A DNA stretch of 64,000 nucleotides. Source: a phage. The stretch lies in NCBI GenBank assembly GCA_012343875.1, contig GCA_012343875.1_3924.1; one strand, given 5' to 3'. The translations under genes and the position numbers were made by a program. Within the stretch, counting starts at the first letter, position 1, and the number at the start of each line of letters is the position of its first letter. Below, piece by piece: positions 26,801 to 37,066 of this stretch. Below the pieces are notes generated by a model. The model was not told where the DNA came from. It did not search any database and saw nothing but the letters and a program-made list of their open reading frames with translations.

Positions 26801-27830
26801 TCATACACGGCTCCCAATTATATTTCTTAAAAGAGAAATTATCTTTTGGATTTCTTTCTTGATAAGCTATCCAGAAATGCTGTTCCATTAGTTCTAACGG
26901 TGTCTTTGTAACAGTCTGTCCATCCCATGATACATAGGTGTAAGAGTCTTTTTTAGCATAGAGTTCATAGATAGCATCAAGACACTCTTTGTAGGTCTCT
27001 TTACCATCTAAAGCATTCATCACAGCTACTTTACCAGCACCTTTAAGTCCGAAGTAGTTGTCTGCATTATCTCCAGCAACAGCCTGATAGCACAAGAATT
27101 TAAAACCTACACCAACTGTTTTTGCAGCTTTTGGTTTTGACTTGATAGGACAATCCCAGATATCACCAACATTATTGTCAGCAATAAAGATTAGTGGTGA
27201 TTTTTCATAAGTCATATCAATACAATAAGTTCCTTCAGCTTGTCGAAGGTCTTTGTCAATACTCATAAGAGCAGCTTTCTTACCCATCTTTTCAGCTTTA
27301 GCAATTACAATTGAATCAGCTTCGAAGCCACCCTTTAAAAGCTTGAACTCTGGTCTGGATAAAAGATATTCACGACAAGCAACTAAGTGTGTTGGTGTGA
27401 CAGCATCTTTACGGTTACCTTGATATTGGTGCTCAAGACCTTTAATGTCTTTATGTTTATGCACACCTTTCTCTGTTAAATAACCTACCCAAGTTCTCTC
27501 TTTACCAACAACCTTAAGCCATTCCTGAAGCACCTGTTGAGTAGCCATGATAGCTTCTTTTTCACTCTTAGCTTCTTTCCAAGTCTGTCTTTCCCATTCA
27601 TCTTCATCAAATGTCAGGCCAAGCTCTTCCACAAGGATTCTCTGGTCTGCTAACCATCTTGCAGCATCTTTCGCATTATCAAATGGCTCAGATTCTTCTG
27701 CTGTGAGTTTATTGACGTATTTATATTTTGCTTTCTCAACTACACAAGCACCTTTATAGGCAATACTGTCAGAGTCAATAAAGACATGTGTAACTGAATC
27801 GGGAAGCTTTGTTAATGTGTACTTCTCCAT
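26790..27830 (-). CDS. 5'-3' exonuclease / flap endonuclease (T7 gene 6-like)
   Basis: N-terminal VFIDSDSIAYKGA resembles the acidic PIN-like active-site block of phage 5'-3' exonucleases. Confidence 0.6.
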   Translation of the reverse strand: MEKYTLTKLPDSVTHVFIDSDSIAYKGACVVEKAKYKYVNKLTAEESEPFDNAKDAARWLADQRILVEELGLTFDEDEWERQTWKEAKSEKEAIMATQQVLQEWLKVVGKERTWVGYLTEKGVHKHKDIKGLEHQYQGNRKDAVTPTHLVACREYLLSRPEFKLLKGGFEADSIVIAKAEKMGKKAALMSIDKDLRQAEGTYCIDMTYEKSPLIFIADNNVGDIWDCPIKSKPKAAKTVGVGFKFLCYQAVAGDNADNYFGLKGAGKVAVMNALDGKETYKECLDAIYELYAKKDSYTYVSWDGQTVTKTPLELMEQHFWIAYQERNPKDNFSFKKYNWEPCMNED

Positions 27831-27844
27831 TATGGCTCTCCATA

Positions 27845-27873
27845 TGAAAAAGCCCCATACTAAGTACAGGGCT
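27845..27873 (-). terminator. terminator-like hairpin + U-tract
   Basis: Minus strand: AGCCC..GGGCT followed by TTTTTCAT. Confidence 0.4.
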
Positions 27874-27892
27874 TTAAAGTAACTTTTAGAGA

Positions 27893-28750
27893 TTAGTCTT
27901 CTGTATCGAAGTCTTCATCCTCTTCGTCATCTGGGTCTGGCAAATCTTCATCATCACCATCATCAGACTCATTCGAAGATTTATGGTCTGTTGCATCTTC
28001 TTCAGTGATTTCACCGTTATCTTCGACACCATCAAGACCAAGCATAGCCAGTTCATCTTCATCCAGTTCAGGTTCACCATTAGCACCGTTACCACCAGTG
28101 TAAGGCACAAGAGTATCAATGATAAACTGTTCCTGAATAGGTTTTGTCAGAACATTGTTCTCAAAAGTGTAGAAGTGAGTAGAAAGAATCACACTACCAA
28201 AAGAACCGTTGCCAACTGCAATATCTGGGTGAATTACATCATAGTTCTTGTCATCTTCATGTTTATCAGATGCTTGAGCTTTGATTTTCTTCATTGGCTG
28301 CTTAACAGCTACACGCTTACCATTTACTTCTTCAATCAGCATTACAGGGAATGACTGTTTAGCTGTCCATACAGCACCATCCTTATAAGCTGCTGCACGA
28401 CTTACTTTCAAGATGTAGTAAGTGTCTGCTTCAAAAGGTGGTTTACAACCAAACTTCTCTTCGAAGTCATCTGCATCAACTGCTTCAGTGGTGACTTTAT
28501 CCCAGCCTTCTGGATTTTTCTTAGACTTAGTAAACTCTTTAAACAGTTTGTTACCGTCTTCTGCCAGAATTGATACGCTGTAGTTACAGTCTTTTCCTGG
28601 GAATTTCTTATCAATAGACTTACCTTTTCCCGGACGTGGTGAAGTGTTCAGGTAATAAAACCAGACATCTTTCAGCAGGTAACGCAGAGTTTGACGCTCA
28701 GTACCGTTGTACTTCTCTACCGGAGCTTTCATTTTAACAACTTTAGACAT
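27893..28750 (-). CDS. single-stranded DNA-binding protein (acidic C-terminal tail)
   Basis: Very acidic C-terminus DDGDDEDLPDPDDEEDEDFDTED; position inside the replication module. Confidence 0.55.
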   Translation of the reverse strand: MSKVVKMKAPVEKYNGTERQTLRYLLKDVWFYYLNTSPRPGKGKSIDKKFPGKDCNYSVSILAEDGNKLFKEFTKSKKNPEGWDKVTTEAVDADDFEEKFGCKPPFEADTYYILKVSRAAAYKDGAVWTAKQSFPVMLIEEVNGKRVAVKQPMKKIKAQASDKHEDDKNYDVIHPDIAVGNGSFGSVILSTHFYTFENNVLTKPIQEQFIIDTLVPYTGGNGANGEPELDEDELAMLGLDGVEDNGEITEEDATDHKSSNESDDGDDEDLPDPDDEEDEDFDTED

Positions 28751-28822
28751 TATTTAAACCTCTATCTCAATTTATGAAGAGTACCAATTCTAGTTTGTTG
28801 ATACTCTATTGTCAAATACTAA

Positions 28823-28972
28823 TTACTGGAAGTTGTGCTTATCTTTAGAAGCTGCTTTACGTGCAGTTTTTCCAGTTCTTACACGTTTTTCTTCATAGTA
28901 TTTTGCTGGTTTTCCAGCAGTGGCTTTTAAGGAATCACCAAAAACTTTTTCAAATGCTTTAGAGTGTTTCAT
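28823..28972 (-). CDS. small basic protein (49 aa), not in ORF track
   Basis: ATG overlaps the upstream stop (ATGA coupling); product MKHSKAFEKVFGDSLKATAGKPAKYYEEKRVRTGKTARKAASKDKHNFQ. Confidence 0.35.
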   Translation of the reverse strand: MKHSKAFEKVFGDSLKATAGKPAKYYEEKRVRTGKTARKAASKDKHNFQ

Positions 28973-29250
28973 GATATTCTCCGATATACTTGATATTCAA
29001 ACACATTTTCTTTCATTATAAACAGCCAACCAATATTATGCTGAGGTATAGTAATAGTGACTGTAATAATACTGTGATGGAAGTTTTCTTCTACCTCAAC
29101 GCCTCCATCACATTTCATGCAGAGCATTCTATAGAACCTATCAATCTTTGTCAAACACTCTTCCTGAAATTTATTTAAACTTTTTTCTTCAAAGAAGGGT
29201 GTGAACCCCTCTCTTTTATAGCTATCACTCAGTTTCGAACGGGCAGTCAT
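28969..29250 (-). CDS. hypothetical protein (93 aa)
   Basis: Co-directional ORF overlapping the primase-helicase 3' end. Confidence 0.4.
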   Translation of the reverse strand: MTARSKLSDSYKREGFTPFFEEKSLNKFQEECLTKIDRFYRMLCMKCDGGVEVEENFHHSIITVTITIPQHNIGWLFIMKENVFEYQVYRRIS

Positions 29251-31216
29251 CTACATCCTCACTTAATACAGGTGGAATCGTTGAGCTTTGACGCTGCTCT
29301 TCAGTATAGACTTCACCAGTCTCACGGTCAAACACTTCATCCTCATAATGTGGCAAAGAGTCATCGTAATGGTCTTCAACTTCACCAATACCAAACTGCT
29401 GGCGAATGTTTTCTGCTGCACCATCAATGTCAACTCCACAACCAGATGCTTTGATGAGACGTCCTGTATCTGGATTGTACCAAGTATGACCAGCAATACC
29501 AGTTGACTTACCATGCCGACGGCACTTAGTTAACTTGATTTTTGTCAAGTTTTTCTTAACAGGGTCTGGGTCAACCTTGTTACGCATTAATAGAATGTTG
29601 TTCATAGAAATCTGGAAATACGCACCAGAGCCTTTGATATCCTCTTCAGAGATATCTCCACCTTCAGAGTTGGCTTTCTGACCCCCTGCGCTCTTACGAA
29701 CGTGACAGACGTTCACCTGTGCATACTGGTAGCGTTTGCAACGGCGCAATAGTTCAGACAAAACTTCCTCTTCATCCGTATCTGAACGTGACAGAGCCAA
29801 CGTAATAGGGTCAAGAATAATAATCTTACAGTCTAAACTGTTAACAAGATAGTCAACAAATTCCAGCAGGTTATCTTGGTCAATTGCACCTTGATGGTCT
29901 ACGATGTGGATACGACGACCTTTAGATAGCTCTGCATGTGCTTCCTTCAATTCATCCCAATCACGTTCGTCATAAGGAATCTCAGAAATCTGCTTGCTGA
30001 GGTGGATTGCACAGAGCATCTCCATCAACTCTTCATAGGTATCTTCGACCGGAATTACACCAATATTGTAATCGGTATCTTTCCAAGCAGTATAAATCAT
30101 TTCACGAGTGTATGCTGATTTACCCACTGAAGATGGTGCTGCCAGAGTTGTAATCTCACCTAAACCATAACCGCCATAAGTCAGCCTGTTCAAATCTCCG
30201 AAAGATTCTGGGAAAGGAATCAATGGAATCTGACCACGATTCTTCATTGCCTCAAAACCATCTGCGAAGTTCTTGATACCAGCAGGGCAGTAACGGGGCG
30301 CATTGTAGATACGCTGCTTAAACCCTTCAAGAACTGTGTCTTTCTCTTTATAGAACTTTGTCCACCATTCGTTAAGGTCTTTTACACCTTCTGGATACTG
30401 GAATAAACGAACCTTCTCAATAGGTAGGATACCAGCAGCCTCTTTGGTAGCTTTAGCACCTGCTTCATCGTTATCAAAGCACAAGTAAATTTCATCAAAT
30501 GATGTAATGTACTGATAGTTATCTTTGATAGACTTAATGTTTGCACCTGACGGAACAGATACGTGACAGTAATTCTTACGACGAGATTTGTCCTTAATCG
30601 CAAGAGAAGTCATATAGATTGCTGTCGCACATTCCATCTCACCTTCCCAGATGAATAGACGGTTACCACCTTCTGGAGCAATCCATGAACCGAACATTGC
30701 TAGTTCACCTTTAATGTCTCCAACACCACCAGAAAAGTCTTTTAGCTTACCACGTAGGTGCTCTTTTGGATGGTCTTCTGGGTAACGGTGACGAACACGG
30801 TAGCCAACATGTTCTAGCTTACCATCTTCATTACGTTTGTAAGTTGGGTAGAAATGTGCGTCAATTTCACCATCACTGTCAATGTCAACCTTGATACCTA
30901 AGCGTTCAAGGACTTTTGCAGGAATCTTCCTATCTTTCAAGTCCATTGCTTCTAGGTTTTCTTTTACATCGTCTAAATCCATTCCACGGAAAGTACGGTT
31001 TTTATTGTCTGAACCAGTAGAATAAGTGCTCACGATTTGTCCTTTATCAAAATCCCACTCTGGGAAACCTTTGTTACAACTAAAGCAAGTCATTGAATAA
31101 GAATCATCGTCATGGTGATAGATTGAACCAGCATCTGATGAACCACAACGTGGACATGCGCAATGACCAACAAACTGACCAGCCTCTTTCAATTTACGAC
31201 CTTTAGACATTAGCAC
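29225..31216 (-). CDS. bifunctional DNA primase-helicase (T7 gp4-like)
   Basis: N-terminal zinc ribbon CACPRCGSSD..CFSCN; C-terminal helicase Walker A LAAPSSVGKSAYT. Confidence 0.85.
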   Translation of the reverse strand: MLMSKGRKLKEAGQFVGHCACPRCGSSDAGSIYHHDDDSYSMTCFSCNKGFPEWDFDKGQIVSTYSTGSDNKNRTFRGMDLDDVKENLEAMDLKDRKIPAKVLERLGIKVDIDSDGEIDAHFYPTYKRNEDGKLEHVGYRVRHRYPEDHPKEHLRGKLKDFSGGVGDIKGELAMFGSWIAPEGGNRLFIWEGEMECATAIYMTSLAIKDKSRRKNYCHVSVPSGANIKSIKDNYQYITSFDEIYLCFDNDEAGAKATKEAAGILPIEKVRLFQYPEGVKDLNEWWTKFYKEKDTVLEGFKQRIYNAPRYCPAGIKNFADGFEAMKNRGQIPLIPFPESFGDLNRLTYGGYGLGEITTLAAPSSVGKSAYTREMIYTAWKDTDYNIGVIPVEDTYEELMEMLCAIHLSKQISEIPYDERDWDELKEAHAELSKGRRIHIVDHQGAIDQDNLLEFVDYLVNSLDCKIIILDPITLALSRSDTDEEEVLSELLRRCKRYQYAQVNVCHVRKSAGGQKANSEGGDISEEDIKGSGAYFQISMNNILLMRNKVDPDPVKKNLTKIKLTKCRRHGKSTGIAGHTWYNPDTGRLIKASGCGVDIDGAAENIRQQFGIGEVEDHYDDSLPHYEDEVFDRETGEVYTEEQRQSSTIPPVLSEDVDDCPFETE

Positions 31217-31403
31217 CTCTTCGTTGTAGTTCTGCCTTCAATCCATTTTCAATCTTGTCCAGTTCATGAATTTCATCTGCAATCTCTTTCCTTCGTGATT
31301 CAACTCTCTTAAGACGTTCAATCATTACCTCATTGGAAAGAGATGAGAGTTCCACTAAACGGTGGTCAATAACTTTAAAATTGTCTTTTACTCTCATCTT
31401 CAT
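31203..31403 (-). CDS. small coiled-coil protein (66 aa)
   Basis: Charged helical sequence. Confidence 0.35.
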   Translation of the reverse strand: MKMRVKDNFKVIDHRLVELSSLSNEVMIERLKRVESRRKEIADEIHELDKIENGLKAELQRRGANV

Positions 31404-31411
31404 TCTCTCTT

Positions 31412-32155
31412 TTAAACTTTAATGATGGCTCTTAGCTTGTTCTCAAGGTCTGCAAGAGTACCATTATTATGAATAATGTCACGCTCATATTTTGTAGAAA
31501 TCCCATTTTCTGAAACATGTGATGAAACTTTGTCCACATTGTCTCTTTTTACTTCAATAGTTTGGTGTGCAAATCTACTCAGCCATTCAGCTTCAGAGTC
31601 AAATCTTAAATCACTGATTAAGACAAAACCATATTGATTTCTAAGTGAGCACATTTCATGGAATCTAACCATTCTTTTTTCAAGGTCTTTAGACCAGAAC
31701 TTGTCGCCCATTACTTTACGGACAACTTCAGTACCCCAAATCTGTTGAATTTGTCTTGATGAGAATTTATACTTTTTGCTAAACCCCAGACGTGTCAATA
31801 GAGTCGGTTTAGCAACCTTCTTAAGCTCCATGATTAATCGTCCGGTTAACTCTGACATAAGCTTGAAGTCCATATGGTAACGTTCATCTCTGAAGGTGAA
31901 CTCCATAGCTTCCGTAACTTTAAACATCAGTTCAGGATATGATAAGTCAAAAACCTGTGGAGTCTCTTTAGTTTCACCGTACAGGTCATTCCAAGTCAAG
32001 TCAAATATCTTTGATGCAGATAGTTTAAGGTTGTCTGCAAAGGCCATTACTTCAACATTGTAGCCGTACTCATCCTCTAAGATGTTCTTCACAATAGAAC
32101 ATGAGGTGTCTTTTCCAGAACGTGCCTTTCCAGTAAATGCGATAATATTACTCAT
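31412..32155 (-). CDS. deoxynucleoside monophosphate kinase (T4 gp1-like)
   Basis: P-loop FTGKARSGKDT, close to the T4 dNMP kinase N-terminus as I recall it. Confidence 0.7.
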   Translation of the reverse strand: MSNIIAFTGKARSGKDTSCSIVKNILEDEYGYNVEVMAFADNLKLSASKIFDLTWNDLYGETKETPQVFDLSYPELMFKVTEAMEFTFRDERYHMDFKLMSELTGRLIMELKKVAKPTLLTRLGFSKKYKFSSRQIQQIWGTEVVRKVMGDKFWSKDLEKRMVRFHEMCSLRNQYGFVLISDLRFDSEAEWLSRFAHQTIEVKRDNVDKVSSHVSENGISTKYERDIIHNNGTLADLENKLRAIIKV

Positions 32156-32216
32156 TTTATCTCCATTAATTACTAAAAAGCCCCCAACTAAGGAGGCTTG
32201 TAAGATTTATAAAGAC

Positions 32217-33017
32217 TTAGTGCAGTTGCTCATCAGACTCTTTTTCAGCCATAGCTGAGAGTTGCTTCACAAAATCATCACCGAAGTTAATGCGTAGTTT
32301 CTCTTCAATGATGGAAGCACCAATGTTCACCAAAACATCATTGATTGCTTGCATACTGACGCCACCAGTCATCTCTTCAATGAACTCAATACTCACACCC
32401 ATCATCTGTGAAAGTTGGATTAGTGCAACGATATTCATCATCGTAGAGATAGCTGGAATCATTAGTGCAACTTTCACCTGAAGCGGTTCTATATCAGCTA
32501 CAGAGTCATTCTCAACAGCTTCTTCCAAAGACTCTTTAGTTTGCTGGATAATCTCCTTGATTCGTGGGTTTAGTTCTTCTACACCCCAATCAAGTTTTTC
32601 ATATCGTGACAACTTCTCTTCCATTCGCTTCTCAAGAGCAGCCATAACAGCACTGGTTGATGAAATTAACAGGTCAATTAGCTCATCATTACCTGCGAGT
32701 AGTAGCAAGTCTTTTTCTTCAGTGGTCATGGCAATATAGTCATTTTTCTGCATCTCATAAAAAATGAACTCTGCAAGAGCATCAACACCTACAACGATAG
32801 ATGCTAAAGCAAGTGTTTTGTCGCAAAGCATCATGTTGACCTGTTCTGCAAAAGCACCGTTATCAGACTTGTCTTCAGGCAAGTTATAGCTTGCAGGCAT
32901 AAACTGTTCTGTGTAGTTGTTCCCACGAAGAATCATAGCCATGCTTTCTACGGCATTGATTAAAAATGCTTCGTCAATACCTTTTTCTTCAAGCATCTTT
33001 TCTACATCGATATTCAT
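32217..33017 (-). CDS. hypothetical acidic protein (266 aa)
   Basis: Co-directional ORF, Glu/Asp-rich. Confidence 0.4.
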   Translation of the reverse strand: MNIDVEKMLEEKGIDEAFLINAVESMAMILRGNNYTEQFMPASYNLPEDKSDNGAFAEQVNMMLCDKTLALASIVVGVDALAEFIFYEMQKNDYIAMTTEEKDLLLLAGNDELIDLLISSTSAVMAALEKRMEEKLSRYEKLDWGVEELNPRIKEIIQQTKESLEEAVENDSVADIEPLQVKVALMIPAISTMMNIVALIQLSQMMGVSIEFIEEMTGGVSMQAINDVLVNIGASIIEEKLRINFGDDFVKQLSAMAEKESDEQLH

Positions 33018-33018
33018 A

Positions 33019-33441
33019 TTATTTCTCTCTCAGTTGGTTAAGTTTCTTTCTAGAACATTTTAAGTTTTCAGATGAAGAAAAGTCAAGTGTCTTTTCAGAA
33101 CGTGGATAATAGTGCCTATCCCAAGAAGTTTCAACATCGTTAATCAGTGACGCTAGATTACACAGGTCTGTACCACTTTGCAACCTCTTTTTAAGAGAAT
33201 CTAGTAAAGCAACTGTGTCTTTAGCTTTACGTCTCGCTGTAGCAACATCTTTCATATGCTCAAATACAGAGCATTTTAAGTCATCTTCATAGTTTTCAGA
33301 CAACTCTATTTCATGTTGTATATCAACCATTCTCCTGTGATGGTGAGCATATTCCCGTTGAGCAGCAATGTCAAGTTCTTCCAACTTCTGCAAAGCTCTA
33401 ACAAAGTCAGCTATGTCTGGGTGAACAAACATTTTCTGCAT
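33019..33441 (-). CDS. hypothetical protein (140 aa), first gene of the leftward block
   Basis: ORF adjacent to the divergent control region. Confidence 0.4.
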   Translation of the reverse strand: MQKMFVHPDIADFVRALQKLEELDIAAQREYAHHHRRMVDIQHEIELSENYEDDLKCSVFEHMKDVATARRKAKDTVALLDSLKKRLQSGTDLCNLASLINDVETSWDRHYYPRSEKTLDFSSSENLKCSRKKLNQLREK

Positions 33442-33699
33442 GTAAGCCTCTTTTAAGTAACTATTAAGTTTTAATCTTTTATCTTAACGTATTCTATACG
33501 TTATACTTTAAAGCTTTTTAAAAGCTATTAAATAATCTTTTAAGAGTTTTAAAGTATCTGTATAGTTAAACTGTTAAGTAACCTTTTAAGTAAAAAACCC
33601 ACTTCGCAAAGATTAACACCTTGTCAAGTGCATTGTCAACTTGCTTTTTATAATTTTTTGCAGTAATGTATGAGGTTAATGGTTTTAGAGGGAGTAAAA
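33442..33699. promoter_or_regulatory. AT-rich divergent control region with repeated CTTTTAAG motifs
   Basis: Separates the leftward block from the rightward polymerase block; CTTTTAAG at three sites, near-palindrome AGCTTTTTAAAAGCT, direct repeat TTGTCAA x2. Confidence 0.5.
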
Positions 33700-36399
33700 A
33701 TGGAAAACGTAGATTTTAAAAACTTACATTTAGTTGGTGATACAGAAACTGATGGTTTACTCCTTGAGTTCACTAAAGTGCACGTAATGGCTTTCGCAGA
33801 CTATAAATCTGACGATGAAGAGCCACCTGTATGGGTCTTTACAGATGAACCTATTCTCGGTCACAAGTACACCAAGTACATCAAGGGTGGCTTACGTGAA
33901 GGTATTGAGTTTGCGTTAAAGGCAAAACGTCTTTGCATCCATAACGGTCTCGGTTATGACTGGTGGGTTTTCAATCACATTGCACCTGATTTATGGAACT
34001 TTGATAACCCAAAGTGTAAACCGTGGAGTAATTTCTTTCAGGATTCTCTTATCCAGTCTCGTGTTCAGTGGATGGATAGACCAACTCCAAAGGGTTATAA
34101 AGGTGCTCATGGTTTGGCTGCATGGGGTGCTCGTGTTGGTGTTCGTAAACCAGAGATTGAACATTGGGGTGTGTGGAATGCAGAAATCTTCACTCGTGTT
34201 GTAGAAGATATCCGTATTAACGCCAAAACTAAACGGGCACTTGATAATGAGTATCTCAAGCTTAAGAAGTGTGGCATAGATACTTATGAAACCTACATGC
34301 GAGCTAAAGAAACATCTTTCTGGATGAGCCAGCAAGCTATCAATGGTTGGAAAGCTGATAAAGAGCTTATGGAGTTCCATGTAAAGGAACTTGACAAGTT
34401 GACTAATGAGCTTGCTTCAGAGGTTGAACCACATCTACCTCCAACTATTAAGACCAAAGGTAAAGTAACTGGTGAAGAGTTTGCAAAGGCTTGGAATGAG
34501 TATGTTGAAACATTTGGTCATGCAGATGGGTTGAAGAGAATCACCAAGTATCCTAAGACGAAGTACCGTCAACAGGTGCGTAACGGTGAGATGCAGACAT
34601 ACGAAATCAAACCATTTGGTAAGCCAACTACAAAGATTTTTAACATTGAAAAGAGAAATTGCTATACACCAACCAACTCTGTAACTGGTGAAGAGTACAA
34701 GGAAGGCTTTGTAGCAATGAAGGATGCTCGTGCAATTTGCAATGAGTTGAATGCAAAGATTGGTAAGAAATGCAAAGACTGGAAGCCAGTGAAAACAGTC
34801 AAAACTGTGAAGTACTATAACAGTCACGTTGTTAACCACTTTGAACTTGAGTCAAGTCGCTACACAGGTTTGATTGATGCACCATATACACCAATTGATT
34901 TTGAAGTTTCTCGTATGACTCAGGTAGCAGTTGTTAAAGACTACTTGAAATCAGTTGGTTGGATTCCAGATGACTGGAACTACAAGAAAGACTCAGACGG
35001 TCGCCCTGTCAAAGTTTGTCGTTTCAAAGACAATAAAAAGATGATTACAAAACATCCTAAGTGGCAGGAGATGGTAGAACGTTGTGGTTTAAGTTATGTT
35101 GAACATGAAGGTGTTCAGTACATTGAGCATAACTGGTCTGTGAAGAAGTACACAGATTTGCTTGAGCCTTGCTTAATCCGTACTTCACCAAAACTTACTG
35201 AATCATCTTATGATACGATTGAAGGTGAGCTTGGACAGAAGATTGCTAAGTACTATACTTTGATGCACCGACGCAGAACTATTGAGAACTCAAAGGATGA
35301 TGAAAAAGGTTGGTTGAACCAGATTCGTCCTGATGGTCGCCTTAGTGCTGGTGCAATGGTGTTTGGTACTTCAACTGGACGTATGACACAATATGGTATT
35401 GTAAACGTACCGTCTGGTGCTGCTGTCTATGGGGAACCAATGAGGGCAGTGTGGATTTGTGAGGAAGGTACTAACGTTGTCTCTGTAGATATGAACTCAG
35501 CCCAGCTAGTTCTTCTTTGTAACTTTATGGGTGATAAAGACTTCACCAAAGCGGTAACGCAAGGTAAAGAAGAGATTGAGTTTATTCGTCAAGAAGATGG
35601 ACGCTATTACTGCAAACATTTTGATGAGTACCTAAACCCAGAAATTGATAAGTACCTTCGCTATGACTCTGAGAATGACCTGTACGTTGTCTATTCAGGG
35701 ACTGATGCACATACACTGAACAGTATCTACTTTAGCTTGAACGATGAGCAGGACATCTTGACTTGTCGAGCTACTCAGGATGAGAATCTTCTTCATGAGA
35801 TTAGCAAAGGTCGTAAGAAAGCTAAGAATGGTATCTATGCACTACTGTTTGGTGCAGGTGATGAGAAGTTTGCTAAGACGATTAAAGCTGCAACTACTCA
35901 GGAAGGTGCACTGACTAAACAAACTTACTTTATTCGTTTGCCTAAAATTAAGAAGCTACTAGATGACTTGGAAGCTGACTACAAAGCAACTAAAAAGGCA
36001 CTTGAAGAGGTGTTTGGTAAGACTGCTGCAATCTCTAAAGGGGGTTTTGTAAAGGTTGCTGGAGCTTGGTTGTGGTGTAAATCTCCACACAAACTGTTGA
36101 ACTACCTTTTGATGGGTTCAGAGGCCCAGATTCAAAATGAGGCAATTAACCTTGCTTGTCGTCGCATGATTGACGAAGGGTTGATGAAGCTAAATGGGCG
36201 TAAACCAGCTATAGGTGCTCGTTTGCTCTGCGCATATCACGATGAAACAAGTTGGGAATGCCCAGAAAGTATGACGGCAGAAGTGAAAGCAGTTACTGAC
36301 TGGTATTATGGACAAGCTTCTAAAAACTTAGGTCTTAAGAAAGAAACACTTGTTACAGGTACTGGTAAGGTTGGTAAAAGCTGGCTTGAAGTACACTAA
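33700..36399 (+). CDS. DNA polymerase, family A (Pol I-like) with 3'-5' exonuclease domain
   Basis: Exo motif LVGDTETDG; polymerase motifs RKKAKNGIYALLFGAG and CAYHDE; start moved to ATG 33700 (RBS GAGGGAG). Confidence 0.85.
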   Translation: MENVDFKNLHLVGDTETDGLLLEFTKVHVMAFADYKSDDEEPPVWVFTDEPILGHKYTKYIKGGLREGIEFALKAKRLCIHNGLGYDWWVFNHIAPDLWNFDNPKCKPWSNFFQDSLIQSRVQWMDRPTPKGYKGAHGLAAWGARVGVRKPEIEHWGVWNAEIFTRVVEDIRINAKTKRALDNEYLKLKKCGIDTYETYMRAKETSFWMSQQAINGWKADKELMEFHVKELDKLTNELASEVEPHLPPTIKTKGKVTGEEFAKAWNEYVETFGHADGLKRITKYPKTKYRQQVRNGEMQTYEIKPFGKPTTKIFNIEKRNCYTPTNSVTGEEYKEGFVAMKDARAICNELNAKIGKKCKDWKPVKTVKTVKYYNSHVVNHFELESSRYTGLIDAPYTPIDFEVSRMTQVAVVKDYLKSVGWIPDDWNYKKDSDGRPVKVCRFKDNKKMITKHPKWQEMVERCGLSYVEHEGVQYIEHNWSVKKYTDLLEPCLIRTSPKLTESSYDTIEGELGQKIAKYYTLMHRRRTIENSKDDEKGWLNQIRPDGRLSAGAMVFGTSTGRMTQYGIVNVPSGAAVYGEPMRAVWICEEGTNVVSVDMNSAQLVLLCNFMGDKDFTKAVTQGKEEIEFIRQEDGRYYCKHFDEYLNPEIDKYLRYDSENDLYVVYSGTDAHTLNSIYFSLNDEQDILTCRATQDENLLHEISKGRKKAKNGIYALLFGAGDEKFAKTIKAATTQEGALTKQTYFIRLPKIKKLLDDLEADYKATKKALEEVFGKTAAISKGGFVKVAGAWLWCKSPHKLLNYLLMGSEAQIQNEAINLACRRMIDEGLMKLNGRKPAIGARLLCAYHDETSWECPESMTAEVKAVTDWYYGQASKNLGLKKETLVTGTGKVGKSWLEVH

Positions 36400-36460
36400 T
36401 TAGTATTGACAAGGTGCTCATGGAAGAGTACCTTATACTGTATCTTATATAGGAGGGCTT

Positions 36461-36670
36461 ATGAGCCATCGTGGAAGAACCCATGCAGCGATGATGAAAG
36501 GTGCTTCAAAGGAGACTATCAAAAATCGTAAGCAGAAGTTGTTTGAGAGAATGAACAGGTTAATTGACAATTCATCTCTTTCAGGTTCTGAGAAGGTTTT
36601 CTTGAAAGGTAATCTGAAAAGCATTGCACAAGAACTTATTGACATTGAGTATTGGAGACACCAAAAATGA
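36461..36670 (+). CDS. hypothetical small protein (69 aa)
   Basis: RBS AGGAGGG upstream of ATG. Confidence 0.4.
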   Translation: MSHRGRTHAAMMKGASKETIKNRKQKLFERMNRLIDNSSLSGSEKVFLKGNLKSIAQELIDIEYWRHQK

Positions 36671-36879
36671 CACTTGCAGACGTTATCCAACAACTTCATG
36701 ATAACTGCTATACTCCAGAGTTGATTCAGGAGATGCTTATTGTAGTGATGCCTAGTAAGTTCGTAAAAGGTTTTAATAATGACTCTTTAAGGTCTGCGCA
36801 TATCCTTATTGTTGATGGTAAGATTGCAAGGGACCGTACTGGAGTCCTTAAGGGCGAACGTATTAATATTGACCTCTGA
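36667..36879 (+). CDS. hypothetical small protein
   Basis: Start taken at internal ATG 36667 overlapping the upstream stop. Confidence 0.35.
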   Translation: MTLADVIQQLHDNCYTPELIQEMLIVVMPSKFVKGFNNDSLRSAHILIVDGKIARDRTGVLKGERINIDL

Positions 36880-36897
36880 ATATTGGAGATACCGAAA

Positions 36898-37053
36898 ATG
36901 AAACGCAAAGTTAAGTTTTTTAATTTATATGGAAGAGTTGGTAAAGGTTTTGACTGGCAACTGTTACGCTCAAATGTTAAAAGCAATGAATTAGCACCAC
37001 TTATCATTCATTATCGACGTACATACAGAGAAGTAGAGCATCGTGAACAGTAA
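36898..37053 (+). CDS. hypothetical small basic protein (51 aa), not in ORF track
   Basis: RBS GGAGAT 8 nt upstream; MKRKVKFFNLYGRVGKGFDWQLLRSNVKSNELAPLIIHYRRTYREVEHREQ. Confidence 0.3.
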   Translation: MKRKVKFFNLYGRVGKGFDWQLLRSNVKSNELAPLIIHYRRTYREVEHREQ

Positions 37054-37066
37054 ACAGGGGTGTATT

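Noticed and set aside
33956-34839. ORFs 33956-34204(+), 33991-34380(-), 34435-34839(-) within the DNA polymerase gene
   Set aside because: Alternative-frame and antisense ORFs inside a gene with clear polymerase motifs; no independent support.
18376-36399. Inteins or introns in nrdD, nrdA, primase-helicase or DNA polymerase
   Set aside because: All four ORFs are continuous and of ordinary length for their families (714, 744, 663, about 900 aa).
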